A stretch of DNA of 33,479 nucleotides from an uncultured Bifidobacterium sp. GTDB taxonomy: Bacteria > Actinomycetota > Thermoleophilia > Gaiellales > F1-60-MAGs149. This document shows positions 26,250 through 33,239 of this stretch, one piece after another. The DNA lies in NCBI GenBank assembly GCA_964588635.1, contig CAZPQP010000002.1, positions 1 to 33,479 on the forward strand. The letters are read 5' to 3'. The translations under genes and the position numbers were made by a program. The notes below the pieces were generated by a model that saw only the letters and a list, made by a program, of their open reading frames with translations, did not search any database and had not been told where the DNA came from. Numbering within the stretch: the first letter of the stretch is position 1; the number at the start of each line of letters is the position of its first letter.

Positions 26250-26681
26250 TCACCACACCACAGCAGCGCGGATCTCGACGGCCAACCCTCGGTGGCGAGC
26301 CGTCGGGGTCGTGTTGCAGCGCGCGGCGGCCGCGACGAGGGCCCTGTCGAAGTCCACGGCGATGCGCGTCGGTGCGTCGTCGAGGAGGTCCCTGAGCAGC
26401 GCCACGACGACCGGCGCGCGGTCAGCCTCGGGGAGCTCTGCGGCACGGTCCCGCAGGGCGATCGCCAGTGTGATCGCCTCGTCGCACCGAGGGTCGTCGC
26501 CGTCCTCGACGAGCAGCGCCAGCAGCTGCGCCGAGGACTCGTGCACCGCTCGGCACAGGTCGTCCCCCTGCAGAGCCCTCGCCAGAAACGTCGCGATCAT
26601 CCACGGCGCGGGGCGCACGCGCACGAGCGGACGCTGGCGACGAGGGGCGACGAGCGCCCCGAGCACGGTCGCGAGGGTCAT
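26250..26681 (-). CDS. Hypothetical protein, last gene of the leftward operon.
   Basis: ATG at 26681 overlaps the upstream stop (ATGA). 143 aa, helical. No motif recognised. Confidence 0.5.
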   Translation of the reverse strand: MTLATVLGALVAPRRQRPLVRVRPAPWMIATFLARALQGDDLCRAVHESSAQLLALLVEDGDDPRCDEAITLAIALRDRAAELPEADRAPVVVALLRDLLDDAPTRIAVDFDRALVAAAARCNTTPTARHRGLAVEIRAAVVW

Positions 26682-26902
26682 CTGCGCGTCCTCGCGTTGC
26701 GCGCCTCGCACGCGGCGCACCGAGCCCGCAGGCTCGGCGCGGCGCACTCAACGCAGAGCCCTGCGGCGCGACGGCGTCGATAAACGGCGTCGACCGCGGA
26801 GGCGTTGCGCACCTTGCACTCGGGGCACCGGGCGGCGTCGGACTCGACACGCCCGCAGTCACCGCAGAGCCCCCGCGAGCGCTTGACCTGATAACGCGTC
26901 AC
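26678..26902 (-). CDS. Double zinc-ribbon protein (four CxxC pairs).
   Basis: GTG at 26902 overlaps the upstream stop. 74 aa and basic. The pairs are CGDC..CPEC and CVEC..CAAC. Confidence 0.55.
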   Translation of the reverse strand: MTRYQVKRSRGLCGDCGRVESDAARCPECKVRNASAVDAVYRRRRAAGLCVECAAPSLRARCAACEARNARTRR

Positions 26903-27300
26903 CGCCGCGCCTCGATCCTGCGCCAGAGCCCGACGACGCGGGCGGGATACGTCCCCCTGCAGACGCACGCCCCGCAGCGGAAGTGCGCGACTGCGCCCGG
27001 CCACGTCGCGCATCGTCGGTGCCCGAGAGCGAGGGCCGACGCGGCGTGGTCGGCCCGGCCTGCGCTGCGTCGGTGCTCTCGGTCGCGCGGAGCTCCCCAG
27101 CAGCCGCCCGACGCAGGGGCGCATCCCAGGTGGGACTCGGCGAACCCCACGGCGATCAGGAGCGCCACGGGCACGTGGTGGTCGCGCGAGGCCTCGTCGG
27201 CGTCCGCGACGATCTGGTCGCGACGCGCGTCGAGGCAGGGGCGATGCAGGACGTGCGCGAAGAGCGCCAGCAGCGCGGCCAGCGCCTCGGCGGCGCTCAC
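26899..27300 (-). CDS. Lytic transglycosylase (SLT)-like protein.
   Basis: GTG at 27300, with GGAGG upstream. 133 aa. LLIAVGFAESHLG...SGGCWGA...AHFRCGA loosely follows the SLT ES / GLMQ / AYNAG layout. Confidence 0.4.
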   Translation of the reverse strand: MSAAEALAALLALFAHVLHRPCLDARRDQIVADADEASRDHHVPVALLIAVGFAESHLGCAPASGGCWGAPRDREHRRSAGRADHAASALALGHRRCATWPGAVAHFRCGACVCRGTYPARVVGLWRRIEARR

Positions 27301-27443
27301 TGCTCGACCTCCGGGGCGAGGGCCACGACGGCCCCAGCGACGCAGATCGCCCACGCACCGAGCGTCGAGGCGCCCTGCAGCGACAGGCCCGCGGCCGAGA
27401 CCGCGCCGACGATCGCGAGGGCCCATCCGAAGAGGCGGATCAC
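27297..27443 (-). CDS. 48-aa two-TM membrane peptide.
   Basis: Read by hand. GTG at 27443 overlaps the recT stop, and the stop overlaps the next start. The product is VIRLFGWALAIVGAVSAAGLSLQGASTLGAWAICVAGAVVALAPEVEQ. Confidence 0.45.
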   Translation of the reverse strand: MIRLFGWALAIVGAVSAAGLSLQGASTLGAWAICVAGAVVALAPEVEQ

Positions 27444-28279
27444 TCTGCCACCCCCTGCGCTGCGATCGCTGCCTTGAGAGAGGTGATCGTCTCACCGAGG
27501 GCCTTCGCACGGCCGACGAGCACCCGCCAGCAGCGCTCCTGCGCCGGACGCTCGTCGAGCGCGGCCACGTCGGTGCGTGCGGCCTGCCACAGCGACGCGA
27601 GGCCCGCGACGCTGGTGCACGCCTCGGCGCTGTCGCGGAGGTCACGGATCAGCGCCTCGGCGGGGTCGTCGGCCTCGGGATCCGGCGACGCGAGACCGCG
27701 CGCCTCGAGGGCTGCTGTCGCGACCCGCTGGGCGTCGTCAGGGAGCTCGACGAGCACCGCGCGCGGCGCCTCGACCGGACCCTCGACCTCGGGCTCCCCG
27801 CCGAGCTCCTCCGGGTCATAAAGGCCCAGCAGGACGTCGGGGTAAACCTCCCTCGCGAGGTCCGCAGCGACGCGGTGGCGGAGCATCGTCGCGGGATAGC
27901 TCTGCCAGATGCCCTTGCCAGACACGCCCGCGCGCTTTGCGTCGGCAGCCGTCCACGTCCTCGTGGCGTCGGTGGATTCGCCCTTGCGGCGGGTGGTGAT
28001 CGTGCAGCGCTCGGCCGTCGATTCGACGGTGCGCCACGACTCGCACAACCCGCTGCGCCTCACCACGGCCACCATGAGATCGGCGCTCAGCACCGGGCGG
28101 CCGTTGACCACATAGATCCCCCGGAGGCTCTGCGCGGGCGACAGCCCGAGCTCATGCCCGGTGATGATCAGCATGGCGGCCTCCTCGGGCCGCTTGCACG
28201 CCGTATAGCCGCTCGCCACCGCGATCTTCGCGAGGCGTTCCACGTCGTCGAGGCTACGGATTGCAATTCCATTCATCAT
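27440..28279 (-). CDS. recT: RecT-family single-strand annealing recombinase.
   Basis: 279 aa from ATG 28279, preceded by GGGAGACGAC. AKIAVASGY...ITGHELGLSPAQSLRGIYVVNGRPVLSADLM...WQSYPATMLRHRV matches the RecT family. Confidence 0.8.
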   Translation of the reverse strand: MMNGIAIRSLDDVERLAKIAVASGYTACKRPEEAAMLIITGHELGLSPAQSLRGIYVVNGRPVLSADLMVAVVRRSGLCESWRTVESTAERCTITTRRKGESTDATRTWTAADAKRAGVSGKGIWQSYPATMLRHRVAADLAREVYPDVLLGLYDPEELGGEPEVEGPVEAPRAVLVELPDDAQRVATAALEARGLASPDPEADDPAEALIRDLRDSAEACTSVAGLASLWQAARTDVAALDERPAQERCWRVLVGRAKALGETITSLKAAIAAQGVAE

Positions 28280-28401
28280 CGTCGTCTCCCTTGCGGAATC
28301 CCGTCTCGGGACTCCGGTGGCGGCTCGGGCTGGGCAGCGAGGGGATCGGAGGGGATCGTCTGCGCCCGAGCGGCCACCGGAGGGCCGAGGCCCTCGGGGC
28401 T

Positions 28402-28722
28402 TTATGCCAGTGTCGCCTCGGCGTCGAGCACGTCGGCGCCAACGCGCACGATCGCGGCCCACTGCTCGGCGGTCTCGGCCTCGATGGCCGCAATCCACCC
28501 GTCGCGACGCGCATCGCACACGGTCACGAAATCGGGGTCGCTGGCGAGAGTCAGGTCCTCGTCAGCCTGATCGAGAGCGCGCTCGGCGCGGTCCTCGCAC
28601 CAGCGACAGACGAGGGCGCCGTCGCGCACCTCGAGCACCGCAGCGACGTCACCATGGACGTCGCGGAGGTCGAGTTCGGCGGTCGGTGATCCACAGGCGC
28701 GGCATAGGTCGGTGTAGTGCAT
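28402..28722 (-). CDS. Strongly acidic protein with a CxxC...CxxC zinc knuckle, first gene of the leftward operon.
   Basis: 106 aa. CRAC at aa 7-10 and CRWC at aa 39-42. About 24 Asp/Glu against about 9 Arg, and no Lys. The SD motif GGGAGACGAC lies upstream. Confidence 0.6.
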   Translation of the reverse strand: MHYTDLCRACGSPTAELDLRDVHGDVAAVLEVRDGALVCRWCEDRAERALDQADEDLTLASDPDFVTVCDARRDGWIAAIEAETAEQWAAIVRVGADVLDAEATLA

Positions 28723-28745
28723 GTGTCGTCGTCTCCCTGTGGAGC

Positions 28746-28818
28746 AGCCTAGGTCGGGCCCGATACCGTGTCAACACTTTCGGTGAAGATTGACACGGTA
28801 TTGCAGAGCACCTATGAT
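28746..28818. promoter_or_regulatory. Divergent early promoters embedded in a 12-bp inverted-repeat operator.
   Basis: ATACCGTGTCAA (28763-28774) and TTGACACGGTAT (28790-28801) are perfect inverted repeats. Rightward promoter: TTGACA, 17 nt, TATGAT (28813-28818). Leftward promoter: TTGACA on the minus strand (28774-28769), 17 nt, TAGGCT (28751-28746). Confidence 0.6.
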
Positions 28819-28826
28819 GCGCGACC

Positions 28827-29066
28827 ATGAGAGTCAGACCGACCGAATCGTCGTCGCGCGGCGCCGTCCTGCTGTGGCAGTGGCTCGTCGCGCACTCCCT
28901 CACCCTCCCCGAACTGGCTGAGCGCACCGGGATCTCTCGCCAGCAGCTGGCCGACCTGATCCGAGGGGATCAGCGTCGGATCAGTGCCGAGCACGCCGTG
29001 CTGCTCGAGCGCGAGACAAAGCGTTATGTCCGCGTGGAGGCGTGGCTGCCGGAGGGCACGCTGTGA
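28827..29066 (+). CDS. XRE/Cro-type HTH regulator.
   Basis: 79 aa. SLTLPELAERTGISRQQLADLIRGDQR is a classic HTH_3-like motif. It is the first rightward gene at the switch. Confidence 0.7.
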   Translation: MRVRPTESSSRGAVLLWQWLVAHSLTLPELAERTGISRQQLADLIRGDQRRISAEHAVLLERETKRYVRVEAWLPEGTL

Positions 29067-29830
29067 ACGCGCCGCAAGGGGGACACCTGCCTAGATGCCG
29101 CCGTCGCCACCGGCAACGGTGGACTCCCGCGGAGGACGCGCTCCTGCTGCGGGAGTGGGGGGAGCTCTCGTCGCGCGTCCTGCGGGAGCGCCTCGGTCGA
29201 ACCGGCATGGCGATCCTCGCGCGAGCGAAGGACCTCGGCCTCCCGCCAGCAAGCGCGCGGGCGGCGCCGCTGTCCGAGGCCGGTCGACGCCTCGGGATCA
29301 GCGGGATCACTGCGCAGCGCTTCGCCGAGTCCTGCGGGATCCGGCTCGACCGGCGCGCCTGCTGCGTCGTGCGGGAGACGTGCTCGGTCCTGCGTCTGGG
29401 CTGCGACGTCGACCAGCTCGAGGCGCTTTATGCGCAGCGCGTCCGGCGTGTGCTCTCCGTCGGCGAATGGTGCCGGTCGCGAGGTCGAGACCAGTCGACG
29501 CAGGGACGTCGACTGCGCGCAGCAGGGATCGCGTCTCAGCGCGGCGCACGGCTGCGGGCGCTCTATCCCGAGGCGCTGCTCGACGAGGTCTCTCACCACG
29601 GTCGACGCGGCCGATGGGTCACGCTGTGGCGTGCGATCCAAGGACTCGACCGCCTGCCGTGCGAGCCGTGGCTGCTGGCTCTCGCGGCCGTCGATATCGC
29701 TGCGGCCGGACGCGCGCCCGAGGGGGCTGCTGGCGACGCCGCGCGCGCGGCGGCTGAGTGGACCGAGCATCTCCCGCAGGGCCCGCTGACCCTCGCGACG
29801 CGTCTCGCTGTGGAGTCGGTGATCCCGTGA
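29063..29830 (+). CDS. Multi-HTH DNA-binding protein (Myb/SANT-like first repeat). Candidate replication-organiser or regulator.
   Basis: GTG at 29063 overlaps the upstream stop. RWTPAEDALLLREWG...ILARAKDLGL is Myb-like. Two further HTH-like segments follow: LSEAGRRLGISGITAQRF and LSVGEWCRSRG. Confidence 0.45.
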   Translation: MNAPQGGHLPRCRRRHRQRWTPAEDALLLREWGELSSRVLRERLGRTGMAILARAKDLGLPPASARAAPLSEAGRRLGISGITAQRFAESCGIRLDRRACCVVRETCSVLRLGCDVDQLEALYAQRVRRVLSVGEWCRSRGRDQSTQGRRLRAAGIASQRGARLRALYPEALLDEVSHHGRRGRWVTLWRAIQGLDRLPCEPWLLALAAVDIAAAGRAPEGAAGDAARAAAEWTEHLPQGPLTLATRLAVESVIP

Positions 29831-31122
29831 TCCTGCGGGACTACCAGCTCCGCGCGATCGACCTCGTGCGCGCGGCTTATCGGCGCGGGCGCAAGGCCGT
29901 CCTGCTGGTCTTGCCGACCGGCGCTGGGAAAACTGCCACAGCGAGTCAACTGATCGCGTGGGCCGTCGCGAGAGGGCGTCGCTGCCTGTTCTTGGTCCAC
30001 AGGCGCGAGATTGTCTTGGACACGCACCGACGATTGCTGGCGGCCGGCGTGCCCTGCGGCGTCGTGATGGCCGACGAAGTGCGCGTCGACGCGCCCGTGC
30101 AGGTCTGCTCGGTGCAGACGCTCGTCGCGAGGCAGCAGCATCCGGCGGCTGACCTCCTGTTTTGGGACGAGGCCCACCATTGCGCCGCAGAGACGTATCG
30201 CGAGATCCGCGCGCAATATCCGGCTGCCTGGCACCTTGGGCTGACGGCGACGCCCGAGCGCTCGGACGGCGCGCCGCTGGGAGACGCTTTCGAGCAGTTA
30301 ATCGCGCCGATCAGCGTGGCCGAGCTCGTCGCGGCTGGACACCTCGCACCGATCGACGTGATCGCGCCCGCAGGGCGCCTGCAGAGCGCGATCGGAGCGT
30401 CGCCCGCCGAGGCGTGGCTGCAGCACGGAGGCGGGCGCCCGGCGGTGATCTTCACGTCGACGATCGCGGAGTCGCGCGAAGCCGTTGCTGCTCTCGGCGA
30501 GCGCGCGGCGCACATTGACGGCTCGACACCGAAGGCGCAGCGCGACGAGATTCTGCGGCGTTTCGAGGCCGGGGAGCTCGACGTGGTGTCGAACTGCGCG
30601 GTGCTCACCGAGGGCTGGGACAGCGCGCGCGCCGAGGTATGCGTGCTCGCGAGAGGCTGCGGCAGCCTGCCCGTCTATCTGCAGACGATCGGCAGGGTGC
30701 GCAGGACCGGCGGCCGCACCGACAAGCGCTGTCTTTTGCTCGACCTCGCTGGCGCGGCGCACGAGCACGGCCTGCCCGACGAGGATCGTCAGTGGGAGCT
30801 CTCGCGCGGGCAGAGGGAGGTCAAGCCGAAGAGCGATCGAGAGTCGCTGTCGACGTGCGACCGCTGCGGGGCCGTCTTCGAATACGTGCGGCGCGGGCCC
30901 GTGTGCCGTCGCTGCGGCGCGCCGTGGCCACCGCCAGAGCGCGTGGCGATCCTCAGGCAGGAGCTCCGCGCAGTGCTTCCGACCTCGACGCCGTCGCAGC
31001 GCGACGCCGAGCTGCGGCGCCTCGAGCAGATCGCGCGACAGAAGGGCTATAAGCCCGGGTGGGTCGGCGTGAGGTTCAAAGAGCGGTTTGGTTTCTGGCC
31101 GAAGACACGGAGGGCGTCGTGA
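29827..31122 (+). CDS. SF2 DEAD/DEAH-box helicase with a C-terminal zinc ribbon.
   Basis: 431 aa. Motif I is LPTGAGKT, motif II WDEAHH, motif III LTATP, motif VI QTIGRVRR. The zinc ribbon is CDRCG...CRRCG. The C-terminal GYKPGWVGVRFKERFGFWP is common in phage helicases. Confidence 0.85.
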   Translation: MILRDYQLRAIDLVRAAYRRGRKAVLLVLPTGAGKTATASQLIAWAVARGRRCLFLVHRREIVLDTHRRLLAAGVPCGVVMADEVRVDAPVQVCSVQTLVARQQHPAADLLFWDEAHHCAAETYREIRAQYPAAWHLGLTATPERSDGAPLGDAFEQLIAPISVAELVAAGHLAPIDVIAPAGRLQSAIGASPAEAWLQHGGGRPAVIFTSTIAESREAVAALGERAAHIDGSTPKAQRDEILRRFEAGELDVVSNCAVLTEGWDSARAEVCVLARGCGSLPVYLQTIGRVRRTGGRTDKRCLLLDLAGAAHEHGLPDEDRQWELSRGQREVKPKSDRESLSTCDRCGAVFEYVRRGPVCRRCGAPWPPPERVAILRQELRAVLPTSTPSQRDAELRRLEQIARQKGYKPGWVGVRFKERFGFWPKTRRAS

Positions 31123-32567
31123 CACCAGCAGACGTGATCGAGGGCAAGGCGCGATGGTGCGTCGTCGAGGGCGATGCGCTTGACGTCGTCCGCGCCCTCC
31201 CTGCGGCGTGTATCGACGCGCTTGTGACGGACCCGCCCTCGGGCATCGCGTTCATGGGCGCGGAGTGGGACCGCGACAAAGGCGGGCGCGCGCAGTGGGT
31301 CGCGTGGCTCGCGGAGGTGCTCGGGCACGCTCGCGCCGCGACGCGCGACGGCGGTCGCGCGCTGGTGTGGTCGCTTCCGCGGACGTCGCACTGGACGGGC
31401 TGCGCCGTCGAGGATGCGGGGTGGTCGATCGAAAACACGGTGACGCACCTTTTCGGCACCGGCTGGCCCAAGGGAGCGTCGCAGTTGAAGCCCGCCGCAG
31501 AGACGTGGTGGATCGCGCGCAACGGGCGCAGCACGGCGTTGAACATCGACGCGTGCAGGGTGGGCGTGAGCAATCGCGTGCCGGGGTCGTTGTCGACGGC
31601 GCAGGGCTACAGCCTTCTCAGTCGCGAAACCGGCGCCGAGGACGGCCACAACCCCAACGTCGGCCGCTATCCGCCCAACGTCGTGTTCTCCCACGCGCCG
31701 GGGTGCGTCTGCGTCGGAGAGCGGCGGGTGCAGACGGCGTGGAGCGCCAACGGCACTCGCAAGGCCCCACTCGGATACGGCAGCGGATCCTCGGACGGAT
31801 CTGCCTGCGTCAAGCATTGCGACCCCGACGGCACCGAGACCGTCGAGGCGTGGGAGTGCGTCGAGGGGTGCCCCGTGCGCGAACTCGACGCGCAGAGCCG
31901 GGAGCTCACCAGCGGCGGCAAGCGCGGCCGGGAGGTTCGGGTCGACGCGATGCCCTCCGGCTGGACGGGGACCGTCATGCGGGAGCACGAGACCCTCGGC
32001 GACCGCGGCACCGCCTCGCGCTTCTTCCCCTGCTTCCCAGCCGACGAGGGCGCGCTGTTCGGGTACCACGCGAAGCCGAGCCGCGCGGAGCGGGACGCCG
32101 GGGTAAGCCTCGACGCCGTGCCGCGCGAGACGCCCAGCGGCAACAACCGCACTCGCTACTGCGCCGCCTGCGGCCTGACTGACAACGGCACAAACGACCA
32201 CTCTCAGTGTGGCGACCGCATCGTCAACGCGATAGCGGGGCCGCAGGCCAACAACCACCCGACGGTCAAGAGCATTGCGCTCATGCGGTGGTTGGTCCGC
32301 CTTGTGACGCGCCCCGGAGACGTCGTGCTCGACCCATTCGGCGGCTCCGGCACCACGGGCGTCGCGGCTCTCGCGGAGGGCCGTCGCGTCATCCTCGTCG
32401 AGCGTGATGCGCGCTTCGCGGAGATCGCCCGTCAACGGCTCACGCACGCTACGCCTGACCTCACCGCGCCCGTGCGAGTCCGCGCCCGTGCGGCGACGCC
32501 TGCGCCCGCCGCGGACCCGCGTCAGCGCAGCCTCTTCGATCTGCTCGCGGAGGGCAATCAATCATGA
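31119..32567 (+). CDS. DNA methyltransferase (beta-class N4/N6 type), with an atypical motif IV and a Cys-rich central region.
   Basis: 482 aa. Motif IV is TDPPSG, motif I LDPFGGSGTTGVAA, and NHPTVKS corresponds to the HPTxKP motif. The motif order IV...I indicates the beta class. Confidence 0.8.
   Translation: MTPADVIEGKARWCVVEGDALDVVRALPAACIDALVTDPPSGIAFMGAEWDRDKGGRAQWVAWLAEVLGHARAATRDGGRALVWSLPRTSHWTGCAVEDAGWSIENTVTHLFGTGWPKGASQLKPAAETWWIARNGRSTALNIDACRVGVSNRVPGSLSTAQGYSLLSRETGAEDGHNPNVGRYPPNVVFSHAPGCVCVGERRVQTAWSANGTRKAPLGYGSGSSDGSACVKHCDPDGTETVEAWECVEGCPVRELDAQSRELTSGGKRGREVRVDAMPSGWTGTVMREHETLGDRGTASRFFPCFPADEGALFGYHAKPSRAERDAGVSLDAVPRETPSGNNRTRYCAACGLTDNGTNDHSQCGDRIVNAIAGPQANNHPTVKSIALMRWLVRLVTRPGDVVLDPFGGSGTTGVAALAEGRRVILVERDARFAEIARQRLTHATPDLTAPVRVRARAATPAPAADPRQRSLFDLLAEGNQS
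32458..32567 (+). repeat. 110-bp direct repeat, copy 1 (3' end of the methyltransferase gene).
   Basis: Identical base for base to 33370-33479. The flanks diverge at 32457 versus 33369 and at 32568 versus the base following 33479 (base 56 after circular wrap). Confidence 0.95.
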
Positions 32568-32893
32568 GTGAGGGAGCACTGCAGGACGCCATCCGCGTCG
32601 CACTCTCCGCCGAGCCCGATCTGGTGCTCTGGCGCAACAACGTCGGCGTTGCGCTGCACGAGCGCGGCGCACGCGTGCGTTATGGTCTCGCGCCGGGGAG
32701 CGCCGACCTGATCGGCTGCCTCGCCGGTCGCTTCGTCGCGTTGGAGGTCAAGACCCCCACGGGACGCCTCTCGCCCGAGCAGCGGTCGTGGGCGCTCGTC
32801 GTGCGGCGCTTCGGCGGTTTCTGTGCTGTGGTCCGCAGCGTCGACGAGGCCCGCGCTGCAATCGCCCGCGCGAGAGAGGGAGCGCTGGAGTGA
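32564..32893 (+). CDS. VRR-NUC domain nuclease (PD-(D/E)XK, Holliday-junction-resolvase-like).
   Basis: 109 aa. GSADLIG...RFVALEVKTPTGRLSPEQRSW matches VRR-NUC. Its ATG lies inside the repeat (ATGA overlap). Confidence 0.75.
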   Translation: MSEGALQDAIRVALSAEPDLVLWRNNVGVALHERGARVRYGLAPGSADLIGCLAGRFVALEVKTPTGRLSPEQRSWALVVRRFGGFCAVVRSVDEARAAIARAREGALE

Positions 32894-33207
32894 CGCCTTA
32901 TGTGATCGGCGTCGGCGTGGTCCTCACGGCCGAGGGAGCGATCGTCGCGCTCTGCGTCGAGCGCCTCGGCCAGCGCAAGCTCTTGCGGTGGGCCTCGACG
33001 GCCTCGACGGCGCACGCTGCGGCCCTCGAGGGCGTCGAGCGCGCGCTGGCCCTGCAGACCGCCACCGAGGCACCGAGGGAGATCCTGCTGCGCCAGCAGA
33101 GCGTGGTGTCGCAGCTGCGCTCCCCCGCCGTGCGCTGGTCGTCAGAGCGCGCGCCCGAGGGGGAGCACCCGGCCGTCGCGGCTGCGTGCCGTCACGCTCA
33201 GGCCTAG
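32890..33207 (+). CDS. Hypothetical protein, possibly a degenerate RNase H-like fold.
   Basis: GTG at 32890 overlaps the upstream stop. 105 aa. Its layout loosely parallels an RNase HI core, but acidic catalytic positions appear to be replaced. Confidence 0.4.
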   Translation: MTPYVIGVGVVLTAEGAIVALCVERLGQRKLLRWASTASTAHAAALEGVERALALQTATEAPREILLRQQSVVSQLRSPAVRWSSERAPEGEHPAVAAACRHAQA

Positions 33208-33213
33208 ACAGAC

Positions 33214-33232
33214 CGATATCACTGTGATATCG
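33214..33232. promoter_or_regulatory. 19-bp perfect palindrome, a candidate operator 8 nt upstream of the RHH gene.
   Basis: CGATATCAC-T-GTGATATCG. It contains a TGTGATATC extended -10-like element. No SD lies before ATG 33240. Confidence 0.5.
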
Positions 33233-33239
33233 CTTTCGC

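Noticed and set aside
31047-32561. 504-aa minus-strand ORF. Its N-terminus is duplicated in the 84-aa minus ORF at 33219-33473.
   Set aside because: It is antisense to the methyltransferase gene, which has clear catalytic motifs. The duplicated N-terminus is just the reverse complement of the 110-bp repeat. Composition is that of a shadow ORF.
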